Source: a virus | Taxonomy: Duplodnaviria; Caudoviricetes | IMG/VR virus record: IMGVR_UViG_3300030376_001717 | Location: 1-34,201 of that record | Direction: 5' to 3' (one strand) | Length of the DNA stretch: 34,201 nt | In this document: positions 15,202-23,770 of the stretch, piece by piece | Position numbering within the stretch: the first letter of the stretch is position 1 | Layout: the number at the start of each line of letters is the position of its first letter | Position numbers and translations under genes: made by a program | The notes under the pieces: generated by a model | Told to the model about the DNA's origin: nothing | The model's input: the letters and a program-made list of their open reading frames with translations, nothing else | Databases searched by the model: none

Positions 15202-15338
15202 TATTTTTTCTTACCTGTTTTTTTAGGTTTGATTCTACCTGAACATACACCACTCGCATACATATTAGCGTATGCAGAGGGGTATACTTTAAACTTTCGT
15301 TTAGCAGCAGCTTTACCTTTTGCACAAAGTTTAGCCAT
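15201..15338 (-). CDS. 45-aa basic protein with PSAYAN motif (not in ORF track)
   Basis: MAKLCAKGKAAAKRKFKVYPSAYANMYASGVCSGRIKPKKTGKKK; TAATG coupling on both sides. Confidence 0.7.
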   Translation of the reverse strand: MAKLCAKGKAAAKRKFKVYPSAYANMYASGVCSGRIKPKKTGKKK

Positions 15339-15442
15339 TACTTTTTCTTCTTAGCTTTAGACTTCATGATCTTTTTTTGTAAGCCTTTAGGTAAAGTTTT
15401 TTGTTTAGCTGTTAGCTTACCTTTTGATTTCTTGCCGTACAT
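15338..15442 (-). CDS. 34-aa lysine-rich peptide (not in ORF track)
   Basis: MYGKKSKGKLTAKQKTLPKGLQKKIMKSKAKKKK; GGAG RBS. Confidence 0.7.
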   Translation of the reverse strand: MYGKKSKGKLTAKQKTLPKGLQKKIMKSKAKKKK

Positions 15443-15647
15443 TTTGTTTCTCCATTTTTATATATTTATCGAAACAACTTTCTGTGTTCACACCATAGTG
15501 TTCACAAAAATGTTTCTTCTCTGCATTTATAATCCATCCACCTTCATTGCTCAAGAGTTCTCTTTCACATATTGTACATTTTCCACATACTAAAGTTAGA
15601 TTGCTACGAGACCAGGTTTTTTTTCTTACCATTTTTTGCATGACCAA
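15417..15647 (-). CDS. Small Cys-rich putative Zn-binding protein
   Basis: CG.C..C...FC...CF; start uncertain. Confidence 0.55.
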   Translation of the reverse strand: MVMQKMVRKKTWSRSNLTLVCGKCTICERELLSNEGGWIINAEKKHFCEHYGVNTESCFDKYIKMEKQNVRQEIKR

Positions 15648-15865
15648 TAACGAGCTGTAAATTTATCTGTTGCAGTTTTACAGTTGTGTCTAGCTCTAAA
15701 ACTCTTTCTAGCTGCGGGATTTGACTTACGTATCTTCATATTGGCATCACCATACCTAATAATCTTTTCTTTGCCATCCTTACAAGCCTTAACAACAAAC
15801 TTCTTGCCACCTTGAACTTGTCGTTTAGGTGCATTGCATTTCATTTTTGCTTTATTTATCGCCAT
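15626..15865 (-). CDS. Small basic protein (KKFVV...RKSFRARH.C...YWSC..W family)
   Basis: Recognisable motif set common in marine phage late regions. Confidence 0.7.
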   Translation of the reverse strand: MAINKAKMKCNAPKRQVQGGKKFVVKACKDGKEKIIRYGDANMKIRKSNPAARKSFRARHNCKTATDKFTARYWSCKKW

Positions 15866-16026
15866 GATGATATTTTATACTCTTTAAAATAATTTACAAC
15901 TTTCCATTTATCTTTCTTTTTAAAGTTTCCACGTTTAGCATAATCTGTGGCTTCTTTTTCTGTGTCCCATATCTCATTGGTGAACAACTCCCACTTATCA
16001 TTACGCATCCATAAGATACAATACAC
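15856..16026 (-). CDS. 56-aa hypothetical protein, GTG start (not in ORF track)
   Basis: MYCILWMRNDKWELFTNEIWDTEKEATDYAKR...; fills a gap in the operon. Confidence 0.5.
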   Translation of the reverse strand: MYCILWMRNDKWELFTNEIWDTEKEATDYAKRGNFKKKDKWKVVNYFKEYKISSWR

Positions 16027-16081
16027 TATTCAGATATTCCCATGAGCCATAGCATCAGAAAGACATAGCAAATAATTTCCA

Positions 16082-16294
16082 TTATTCTAATATAAGTGAT
16101 TTGATAGATTTAGATCCATCAATATTTGTTTCGAGTTCTGCTTTAGATTTAATACATTTATAATCTATGTTAGCTTTGACTTGTCTCATGGCTTCACGTT
16201 TATGTTTAAGACATACCGACATAGACTCTTGTATTCTGTGTTCTTTAATATCAGGACCAACAAACATAAGTAAAGCTACAACTGTTTCAATCAT
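16082..16294 (-). CDS. Hypothetical protein with N-terminal hydrophobic segment
   Basis: MIETVVALLMF...CLK.KR...YKC; TAATG coupling. Confidence 0.7.
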   Translation of the reverse strand: MIETVVALLMFVGPDIKEHRIQESMSVCLKHKREAMRQVKANIDYKCIKSKAELETNIDGSKSIKSLILE

Positions 16295-16644
16295 TAGTGA
16301 CCATTTCCATTTCTAATTAATTTTTCTACATCAACTTGTAATTTTTGTACTTGCTCTTTTAAAAACTCAATATTAACTTTGTTAGTCATATTTTGTTCTT
16401 GGTTTTCAATTAACTTCTCTACATCTTTAAACACAGATTCCAATAACATATATTGTTCTTGGTCTGTAGGTTTCTGTTCTGATTTTTTTAATAAGTCTGC
16501 GTTGAATAATTCTCTTGATGTTTCCAAAGAGGTAAGTCTAGCAGTGACTTCTGTATATGCAAAGACACCCATAGCGACAGCGATAACAATACCCACCATA
16601 TTTTTAATTGGCATAGCTACTGATGTATTCTCGCTAACTTTCAT
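16294..16644 (-). CDS. Membrane-anchored coiled-coil protein (possible i-spanin-like)
   Basis: N-terminal TM segment plus coiled coil, downstream of the lysis genes. Confidence 0.5.
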   Translation of the reverse strand: MKVSENTSVAMPIKNMVGIVIAVAMGVFAYTEVTARLTSLETSRELFNADLLKKSEQKPTDQEQYMLLESVFKDVEKLIENQEQNMTNKVNIEFLKEQVQKLQVDVEKLIRNGNGH

Positions 16645-16856
16645 CTTGGTTCTTCTCCTTCACAAATATAACCTATAACTTTTTTATCTTGGTACTTGTA
16701 ATAGTAATGATTCGATAGAAAGGTTTTCTTCTTCTTCTCATGTACTGCTACGTTAGTATTAAACCAAGAGCTACAACTTGTAAATATCTCAAATGTATCT
16801 AGCTTGATGTCGCCACCAAAAGTTAAGTACATTAAGGTAATCATTATGGGTTTCAT
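16641..16856 (-). CDS. Hypothetical protein
   Basis: 71 aa; ATGA coupling. Confidence 0.6.
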   Translation of the reverse strand: MKPIMITLMYLTFGGDIKLDTFEIFTSCSSWFNTNVAVHEKKKKTFLSNHYYYKYQDKKVIGYICEGEEPR

Positions 16857-16859
16857 ATA

Positions 16860-16985
16860 TTATTTAGCTTTTTGAAATAAGGTTTGAAATACTTTATTAC
16901 CTACTGTGTGTATAGGGTCTAAATTAATATCTTTAGAACATCCTGTAAACAATATGATGATTAATAAACTAACGACCTTGAGCAT
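16860..16985 (-). CDS. 41-aa lipoprotein (possible o-spanin-like; not in ORF track)
   Basis: MLKVVSLLIIILFTGC-SKD: signal peptide with lipobox FTGC. Confidence 0.6.
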   Translation of the reverse strand: MLKVVSLLIIILFTGCSKDINLDPIHTVGNKVFQTLFQKAK

Positions 16986-17112
16986 TATATTTTTTCCAAT
17001 TACGTCTTTTATGTTTATTCATAGATGACGTTTTAGGTCGTCTACCTAGGCTAGTACTTTTTGCTATTCTTTCGTGTGGTTGTTTTTCTAGATTTAATTT
17101 TCTTTTTGCCAT
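16969..17112 (-). CDS. 47-aa basic peptide ending KKYNAQGR (not in ORF track)
   Basis: MAKRKLNLEKQPHERIAKSTSLGRRPKTSSMNKHKRRNWKKYNAQGR. Confidence 0.6.
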   Translation of the reverse strand: MAKRKLNLEKQPHERIAKSTSLGRRPKTSSMNKHKRRNWKKYNAQGR

Positions 17113-17185
17113 ACTTGCCTGTTTGTTGAGATAATAAACTTATCTTTTTATTGTACTGTTGTGTGAAAGCATTTTTAATTGTCAT
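17051..17185 (-). CDS. 44-aa basic peptide (not in ORF track)
   Basis: ATGA overlap with the holin stop; MTIKNAFTQQYNKKISLLSQQTGKYGKKK... Confidence 0.45.
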   Translation of the reverse strand: MTIKNAFTQQYNKKISLLSQQTGKYGKKKIKSRKTTTRKNSKKY

Positions 17186-17565
17186 TTGCCACTAAAGTTT
17201 TTAATCTCACTAGCTTTAATACCATAGATCGCAGCAACAACGGACACCCAAAGTCCAACCAACCACCAAGGCATAGATTGTAATTTCTCAAAGAACAAAT
17301 CCATCTTTCTTTCTATCTCTGGATCATCTGTAAATACAGAGTAAGCTAACATGAAGATGGGAGTTGATAATACAATCAGAACGAACTCATCTTTCCAGTC
17401 TCCCTTCTGATGCTCGAATACTTTACCTGAAAATTCTATCTCCCCCCGTCTCATCTTCTCTGCGTGAAGTAGTTTAGCTCCTGATAGAGCTTCTTTAGTT
17501 TTTTGTTTATCTTGATAGAGTTTGGCAGCTGTCTTGACTCCCATGCCTAATAAATTTAACCACAT
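17182..17565 (-). CDS. Holin-like membrane protein
   Basis: WKDEF followed by a TM segment, then PWW and a second TM segment; directly after the endolysin. Confidence 0.7.
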   Translation of the reverse strand: MWLNLLGMGVKTAAKLYQDKQKTKEALSGAKLLHAEKMRRGEIEFSGKVFEHQKGDWKDEFVLIVLSTPIFMLAYSVFTDDPEIERKMDLFFEKLQSMPWWLVGLWVSVVAAIYGIKASEIKNFSGK

Positions 17566-18050
17566 TATTCTACTACCTTACCATCTTTCCACTCCATATC
17601 TGGCAATCCATTCTCATAAGTCTTACCATCATAAGTTAATATTTGTTTTCTGTTATTACCTTTTTCATTATAACTACAATGAATCCAACCTGCAGCTGGA
17701 TCATCTTTCTTATAGTATTCAAGGATGAGTTGGTCAAAGTCGCAGTTATTATAAATCCAATAAGCTACTTTTATATTTGGAACTCCAGGTATTTCAAAGT
17801 CTGCCGCTTGTCCTTTTGCGTGTTGGCTAGTTTTTTTACTACCAATGGCTTCGCAAAGTTCTTCACTTCTATAACCTGAGCTTATTCTAACTGGTTTGTC
17901 AAATTTGTTTCTTATAGGTTCTAAGACACAGTAGCATAAATCTTCTAAATTTTTTATATCACCTGCTCCTGGTGTATTATCAATACCTTTACGTTGAGCC
18001 GTCATAGACTTGGTAAACTCTTCTAATGTAAAATGCTTTGATAGTTTCAT
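17565..18050 (-). CDS. Endolysin, peptidase M15A (D-Ala-D-Ala carboxypeptidase family)
   Basis: LSKHFTLEEF, SSGYRS, SQHAKGQAAD, DQLILE and WIH motifs. Confidence 0.92.
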   Translation of the reverse strand: MKLSKHFTLEEFTKSMTAQRKGIDNTPGAGDIKNLEDLCYCVLEPIRNKFDKPVRISSGYRSEELCEAIGSKKTSQHAKGQAADFEIPGVPNIKVAYWIYNNCDFDQLILEYYKKDDPAAGWIHCSYNEKGNNRKQILTYDGKTYENGLPDMEWKDGKVVE

Positions 18051-18349
18051 TTGTTGTAATATATCTTAACCTTTAATTTTTTTTGTAGTTCTGTCAAGCC
18101 TCTATTTATCAATGATCCCGCCTTTCTAACATACTTATCTTTAGGTGTATAATCAGATTTTCTATAGTTTGCTGTCTTTACATCATAGGCTTGATATTCA
18201 CCTGTGGTTAAATCTAAAACTACCATATCTATTGGACCAATACCCATAGCAGGTACGAATACTAATTTATCAGGATCTTGTGCAAATTTAGCTTGTGCGA
18301 TGAGTTCATTATATAATCCTACTGAAGCTGTTTTATTGCGTTTAGCCAT
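18047..18349 (-). CDS. Small PD-(D/E)xK endonuclease
   Basis: G..NEL.A...VF.P...GPIDMVV...YDVKT. Confidence 0.65.
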   Translation of the reverse strand: MAKRNKTASVGLYNELIAQAKFAQDPDKLVFVPAMGIGPIDMVVLDLTTGEYQAYDVKTANYRKSDYTPKDKYVRKAGSLINRGLTELQKKLKVKIYYNK

Positions 18350-18608
18350 TCCATTTAAAGAAGCTAATAATCACTCCTAAAAGTCCACCTAGTATAATAA
18401 CAAAACTAATCACACCTTTACCTTTATTCATATCAGAGTGTAAGTTCTTAATATCTAAACGCATTTCATCTATCGCTTTGAATAAAGTTTTCATACGTTC
18501 AGCACACACCTTCTCATGATATGAGATACGAACACTATTGTTTTTCTCTGCGTATTCTTTAATTTTTTTTACACTTGCAGATGATTTTTTTAATTTTGTC
18601 TTTGACAT
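18342..18608 (-). CDS. Coiled-coil protein with C-terminal TM (HE..CAER family)
   Basis: HEKVCAERM motif and a C-terminal hydrophobic helix. Confidence 0.65.
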   Translation of the reverse strand: MSKTKLKKSSASVKKIKEYAEKNNSVRISYHEKVCAERMKTLFKAIDEMRLDIKNLHSDMNKGKGVISFVIILGGLLGVIISFFKWNG

Positions 18609-18672
18609 AGTTTTTTACTTTTTCCCAAAAGTTTGTTATTTCTTCTAAAAATATTCCTATCATTTTATCCAT
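18559..18672 (-). CDS. 37-aa amphipathic peptide (not in ORF track)
   Basis: AGGAG RBS; MDKMIGIFLEEITNFWEKVKNYVKDKIKKIICKCKKN. Confidence 0.55.
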   Translation of the reverse strand: MDKMIGIFLEEITNFWEKVKNYVKDKIKKIICKCKKN

Positions 18673-18681
18673 AATATTCTC

Positions 18682-18894
18682 CTATGATTCCTCAACTTCT
18701 ATGCACTCAAAGTTTATAGCAATCTTATTTCTATTTACCATACCACTATCTATACTATTATTAGTTTGTATAGATCTTATATAACCTGCACTAACACATT
18801 CTGACCAAGAATTAAATACAAAACTATCATGAATTGGTGGTAAACAATTCATGTGTACAGCAGAACATACCTTTAAAATTAACATAAACTTCAT
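18682..18894 (-). CDS. Hypothetical Cys-containing protein
   Basis: MKF.LIL.VCS.....C...F.SW.EC...GY...F.C pattern. Confidence 0.65.
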   Translation of the reverse strand: MKFMLILKVCSAVHMNCLPPIHDSFVFNSWSECVSAGYIRSIQTNNSIDSGMVNRNKIAINFECIEVEES

Positions 18895-18969
18895 GCTAAT
18901 TTATTAACAGATAATGTTTATAATTTATAGTTTATCTTGCTTGAGATTTGTCTCATTCTCGTTAATTTA

Positions 18970-20010
18970 TTAACGAGCTGTTGCTGGATCTCCATTTGAT
19001 GCTACAATAGGTTCTTCTGCAAAAGCTAAGTATATTTGATTTGTATTATTATTATTAACTTGTGCATTTGTTGTTCTAATTTTAAATCCATTACTTAAAA
19101 AATCTATTCTTCCATAATCACTAGCTTCAGCATTCGTTAAATTGGCAAATAAAGGTGCATCACCACCATTATATCCTAATCTTTTACTATCATACAAATT
19201 CCAATCTGTTGTAGAAGCACCTTTAATTAAAACAAAAGCAGGTTTAAATCCTGTGTAAATAAATGGACCACTAGCACTAGAAGTACCCAAGTAGGAACCA
19301 AACTTGCTAAATCCTTTTTTCTCTGCGAAGCAGTAAGCTACAAAATTATTACCATTTGTATTAACAGCGCCATTAGTTGATATTGAAAATACTTGATTAG
19401 TTGGTGCTGTGTCTTGCCACATATCAAAATCTGCAAATGCTTGTGCTTGATTTAATCTTACATATTTATCCTCAGGTGCAGAGGAATCCATTTTATGATG
19501 ATACACTATCCAATGATCTGATGCGGAAGTATTTTTTAGCATTATCATTTGCGGTATTACTCCTAATCCATGTCCTACTGTTGCATTACTTCCTGTACCA
19601 ACATATTGAGATATTGACACACCTGATGTAGTGTTAACTGATGTATATACTGTGTTTATACTTCCGTCTGTGTTTGATGAACCTTGTCCACCACCTGCTC
19701 TCCAATTCCAAGATACAGTATTGTTACCACTTGCATTTACCGCACCACTAGAACCAAGAGTAAAGCCATCAGAATTAAATGCAGTTAAAGTCGTTGAAGC
19801 TGTGTCTTGTGCGGCAGTAGAACTTGAATAAATCCTGTTAGTTGCACCTCTTACAGCATCAAAAAAATTATGATGTTCTGTGGATTGCCTATCTTTAATC
19901 CAGACCCAATCGGGTTGAAATCCTACACCCGTGATAGCGTTTGTAGAACCATTACCTGTGAAAAGTTTAGTATTAAAATAATCTTTTGGTTGAAAAGTTA
20001 TATAAGCCAT
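18970..20010 (-). CDS. Virion/tail structural protein (DUF7483-like repeats)
   Basis: Repeated (F/Y).G.G.....TG.GF.P..V.IK blocks and YCFAE motif. Confidence 0.7.
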   Translation of the reverse strand: MAYITFQPKDYFNTKLFTGNGSTNAITGVGFQPDWVWIKDRQSTEHHNFFDAVRGATNRIYSSSTAAQDTASTTLTAFNSDGFTLGSSGAVNASGNNTVSWNWRAGGGQGSSNTDGSINTVYTSVNTTSGVSISQYVGTGSNATVGHGLGVIPQMIMLKNTSASDHWIVYHHKMDSSAPEDKYVRLNQAQAFADFDMWQDTAPTNQVFSISTNGAVNTNGNNFVAYCFAEKKGFSKFGSYLGTSSASGPFIYTGFKPAFVLIKGASTTDWNLYDSKRLGYNGGDAPLFANLTNAEASDYGRIDFLSNGFKIRTTNAQVNNNNTNQIYLAFAEEPIVASNGDPATAR

Positions 20011-20033
20011 AGTTAAATCCTTTTTATCATAGT

Positions 20034-21341
20034 TTAGCCGTAGTCTTTAATATTTTTTGTGCATAAAGCATAATAGCCTGATGGCACAGAATGCTCAAAT
20101 AATCCTAATCCAGCACCATCACTATTTGATGAAGCTACAGCACTTGTACCAAAAAATCCTTGACCAAAATTAAAATCTACATTTGACGGATTAGCACCTT
20201 GTGTAACATACCAAAAATCTCCTGTATTTAAACTTGAAACAACTGCATTACCTGAATAAACATCAGAACCATTTTTTTTTAGTTTTAATGTTCCAGCATC
20301 TAAATCTAATATAAATCCAACAATATCTCCTACTGATACAGTTGTTCCAGTATTTAAATGACTACTTCCATTATAATACATATTGCCGTCTATAGCATAA
20401 ACATAACCACTTGAACCTGAATCTGCTGGATAAGACAAATTATCTATTCTTGTATCTGTTTTTATAATACCTACATTAAAATAATTAGATGGTGATGCAG
20501 AATTGCATTTTGCTTCCCAATACCATTTACCACTATTGACAGCTAAAGTTGAACAAACAGTTGTGTAAGTTCCACTTCCTGTACAAGTTAAATTACCATT
20601 TGTTAGTGCATTATTTGCACCTTTATGTAAAGGATTCATAGTGCAAAAGTTATTTGTAGGTGTATCTACATTTTGAGTTAGTGTTCCTGATGTAGTAAAT
20701 GTGTTTGTGTTACCTGAACTGTCTGTACCCATAGCACCACTATTTTCAAATTTTAAAAAGAAACCATTAGTTCCATAAGTTACTGATGGTGCAGTTTTCG
20801 GTTTCCAAATTCCTGATGTAGAATCTGTTTCGCCAAAAGTTGATGCGTCATAAGCATAACCATCAGTATAATGAAAATGTGTAATTAAACCATCAAAGTA
20901 TTGATTATTGTTTGTTCGCCATCTTCCAATATCTATGTAAGCATTAGAATTATGACCAATATTTAAATCTGCATTTTGTGATGGATAAGTATAACTTGCT
21001 TCGGATTGTAACTCACCATTGATATAAATTTTTAATCTGTCTGTATTCGTTGCTTGTGTTGTGTCCATCTTTACTAAGAAATGATAAAAAGCGTTGGGGT
21101 CTCTTAGTTTTCTAGTTCCATCATATCTAGCATTATTACTACCACCTGTTTGGTCTGCAAACTGAATACTATCTCCTGAAAATTTAAACACAGTTACATT
21201 AGTTGAAGCAGAAGTATTTTCATAACTAAACCATCTTTGGTCGTTTCCAAAACCACTACCTCTTTTAACCCACAAACTAATTGTAGCTTTTTTTCTGCTT
21301 CCTGCACTTGTAATTTGTCTTGTTAAATAAGTTGAAGCCAT
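20034..21341 (-). CDS. Tail protein with LamG/concanavalin-like and SPRY-like domains
   Basis: TISLWVKR...RDPNAFYH...KIYING (LamG-like) and SGKWYWE...VGDIVGF.LDLDAG (SPRY-like). Confidence 0.75.
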   Translation of the reverse strand: MASTYLTRQITSAGSRKKATISLWVKRGSGFGNDQRWFSYENTSASTNVTVFKFSGDSIQFADQTGGSNNARYDGTRKLRDPNAFYHFLVKMDTTQATNTDRLKIYINGELQSEASYTYPSQNADLNIGHNSNAYIDIGRWRTNNNQYFDGLITHFHYTDGYAYDASTFGETDSTSGIWKPKTAPSVTYGTNGFFLKFENSGAMGTDSSGNTNTFTTSGTLTQNVDTPTNNFCTMNPLHKGANNALTNGNLTCTGSGTYTTVCSTLAVNSGKWYWEAKCNSASPSNYFNVGIIKTDTRIDNLSYPADSGSSGYVYAIDGNMYYNGSSHLNTGTTVSVGDIVGFILDLDAGTLKLKKNGSDVYSGNAVVSSLNTGDFWYVTQGANPSNVDFNFGQGFFGTSAVASSNSDGAGLGLFEHSVPSGYYALCTKNIKDYG

Positions 21342-21350
21342 AATATTATC

Positions 21351-23756
21351 CTAATTAAATTGTCCTGAGTTGTTTATACCAACACTTACAGTAATTGAAA
21401 AGTCTCTTGTTACTGCTTGACCCTCTGCATCTGTCGCAGATAAAGTAAAGTTATACGTTTGTTGACTTGTAGGTGATGGTGCAGTTCCTGTAATATTATA
21501 AGTTGCACTTGTAGCAGGTGTTCCTGATAAAGTTAAATTCATTGTTCCAGCTGGAGTATTAGCATTAGATGTTAATACAGATGTTGTTTCTGCTATCGTT
21601 ACATTACTGTCTGATGATGCAGCAACTGATAAAGATACTGATGAACCTGCAGCAATCGTACCTAATGAACCTGCTGCTGTAGAAAAACTTGGAGCAGTAG
21701 ATGCAGTAATAATATTGTTTGTTGATCTTCCAGCATTACCATCTGGATTTTCTATTCTTACAAAATAGTTACCACTTGCTAATGTTACATTAACTGAAAG
21801 TGTTGTAGCATTTGTAAACGCAACTGTATTTGCTCTTGTTATAGCTCCAGTAGAAGCATTAATAAAATCAACAATGGGTACTGTAACAAAGTTTGTTCCT
21901 GTAATATTTATTGTTGTAGCTGTAGCTGGTGCTATCGTTTGCGATACATCTGCCACAGTAGGTTTAGTTTCTGTAGGTACTGCTGCAAAAGATAAATTAC
22001 CTGAGCCATCTGTTTTTAAATAATAATCATTGGTAATACTTGATGGTAAAGTTAAAGTATAAGATTGACCAGCACTATGTGGTGGTCCTTTAATTTTAAC
22101 ACCATGAGAATTTTGTTCACAATTTAATTGAATTTGACCAGCATTATCATTTCCTTTTATTTCAACAAGTCCTGTACCATTAGGAGCTAATAAAACATTT
22201 CTATTACTTGTTGTAACAATAGAATTAGTTTGTACATCTAAGTTACCACCTAGTTGTGGTGTTGAATCATCAACAACATTGGCTATACCTGGTGAGATAG
22301 CAGTCCAAGATGTTCCGTTGTAAAATTTTAAATTATTGTCTGTCGTATTATAGGCTAGGTCGCCTTCATCTAAACTAGATGTGGGATCAGAACTAGCAAC
22401 TCTATATCTTTCTGCAAAAGAATTAACTCCTGTAATATTTGCAGCAACAGTTGCCATGTTAGTTACATTAGTTGCTGTACCTAAAGTATTCATATCAGTT
22501 ACCACATCCGCAGTTCCTAATGTGTTCATATCAGCTACTACATCAGCAGTTCCTAATGTGTTCATATCTGCCACAACGTCTGCTGTAGCTAGTGTGTTCA
22601 TATCTGAAACAATATCTGCTGTAGCTAACGTATTCATATCAGATACGACATCAGCTGTTCCTAATGTATTCATATCAGCAACAACGTCTGTTGTAGCTAG
22701 TATTGCCATATCTGCCACGACATCCGAAGCAGCTAAAGTATTAATATTGGTTTGTTCAGATGACGTAGGTTTTAAAGTTTGCCAAGCAGAACCTGTGTAG
22801 TTCTTCATGACATTATCTGAAGAATTAAAGTATAATGCTCCAGTTAATAAAGCATTACCATCGTTGTCTACTGAAGGATCACTTGACTTAGCACCTAAGT
22901 ATCTATCGTCAAAACTATCAAAAGATGCTGCCGCATTAGTTTCACTCGTTGCAGCATTAGTTGCTGAAGTAGCTGCAGCTGTCGCAGAGTTTGCAGAAGC
23001 TGTAGCGGAAGTCGCACTCGCTGTTGCACTATTAGCACTTGCTGTAGCAGAAGTTGCAGCAGCTGTTGCACTCGTTGCCGCTGATACCGCATCAACTAAT
23101 AATTCAAAATGATCTGTGTCTGTTAAACTATCTCCAACAACAGAATTAGCTATACAAATATAAACATTGTTAAGTTGAGCTGTAGTTGTTGATTTAACTA
23201 TATCTCTTACCACATAGGCTTCTGTAGTTACTGTTGCGTCTGTTCCTTGATATGTTCCTAATTCTTGTGTTACTGAAATTTCTCCTGCACTATCAAAAGC
23301 TAGAATTTTATTAGCTCTTTCTGTTGCACCCACAGTAAATTCTGTAGAGGTCATGGTGTTCGTTCTTGAAAGTTTTATAGATCGATTAAGTTCTTCTTGA
23401 ACTTGTTGAGTTGTCATGGTTGCACGATCCAAACCCTCTTCGTGTGTCTCCGCAGGGAATGGATCATTAGCGATATAATCTATCGCTTGAGTTTGCGGGA
23501 CATTCCTAATTAAAACAACTGTCTCTGTGGCAGTAGGAATATTACCTGAAGTAAATACGACATTTCCTCCTGAAGCACTACCTACACCTGTGACTGTATA
23601 ATGAGTTGTTAAACTTTTGGTTGTCTCTGTTCCTGCAGCAGACCTAATGATAACTTGTAAATCTGTATTGGCAAATATCTTAAAACCATAAACAAAGGTG
23701 TCATTACTACCATTGCCTGAATATGAATTTTTTACTGTTGTTGATGATATTGTCAT
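21351..23756 (-). CDS. Tail fibre protein
   Basis: T7-type N-terminal anchor (SYSGNG...F.Y.F.I...DL.V), Ala/Thr/Ser coiled repeats, FDDRYLG and DSTPQLGGNLD motifs, Ig-like C-terminus. Confidence 0.85.
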   Translation of the reverse strand: MTISSTTVKNSYSGNGSNDTFVYGFKIFANTDLQVIIRSAAGTETTKSLTTHYTVTGVGSASGGNVVFTSGNIPTATETVVLIRNVPQTQAIDYIANDPFPAETHEEGLDRATMTTQQVQEELNRSIKLSRTNTMTSTEFTVGATERANKILAFDSAGEISVTQELGTYQGTDATVTTEAYVVRDIVKSTTTAQLNNVYICIANSVVGDSLTDTDHFELLVDAVSAATSATAAATSATASANSATASATSATASANSATAAATSATNAATSETNAAASFDSFDDRYLGAKSSDPSVDNDGNALLTGALYFNSSDNVMKNYTGSAWQTLKPTSSEQTNINTLAASDVVADMAILATTDVVADMNTLGTADVVSDMNTLATADIVSDMNTLATADVVADMNTLGTADVVADMNTLGTADVVTDMNTLGTATNVTNMATVAANITGVNSFAERYRVASSDPTSSLDEGDLAYNTTDNNLKFYNGTSWTAISPGIANVVDDSTPQLGGNLDVQTNSIVTTSNRNVLLAPNGTGLVEIKGNDNAGQIQLNCEQNSHGVKIKGPPHSAGQSYTLTLPSSITNDYYLKTDGSGNLSFAAVPTETKPTVADVSQTIAPATATTINITGTNFVTVPIVDFINASTGAITRANTVAFTNATTLSVNVTLASGNYFVRIENPDGNAGRSTNNIITASTAPSFSTAAGSLGTIAAGSSVSLSVAASSDSNVTIAETTSVLTSNANTPAGTMNLTLSGTPATSATYNITGTAPSPTSQQTYNFTLSATDAEGQAVTRDFSITVSVGINNSGQFN
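22449..22736 (-). repeat. Eight tandem 36-bp (12-aa) repeats in the tail fibre
   Basis: Consensus L(G/A)TADVVADMNT, diverged at synonymous positions. Confidence 0.85.
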
Positions 23757-23770
23757 ATTACTTGTCTATA

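Noticed and set aside
16026-16082. 18-aa hydrophobic ORF MEIICYVFLMLWLMGISE
   Set aside because: Coupled on both sides and possibly real, but too short to support from sequence alone.
22449-22736. 36-bp periodic repeats as a CRISPR array
   Set aside because: Contiguous in-frame coding repeats with no unique spacers, and no cas operon. The Cas4-like exonuclease belongs to a recombination module.
22381-23112. Antisense and alternative-frame ORFs in the tail fibre repeats
   Set aside because: Shadows of repetitive Ala/Thr/Val codons.
18970-23756. Diversity-generating retroelement as in BPP-1
   Set aside because: No reverse transcriptase, and no template/variable repeat pair seen by eye.
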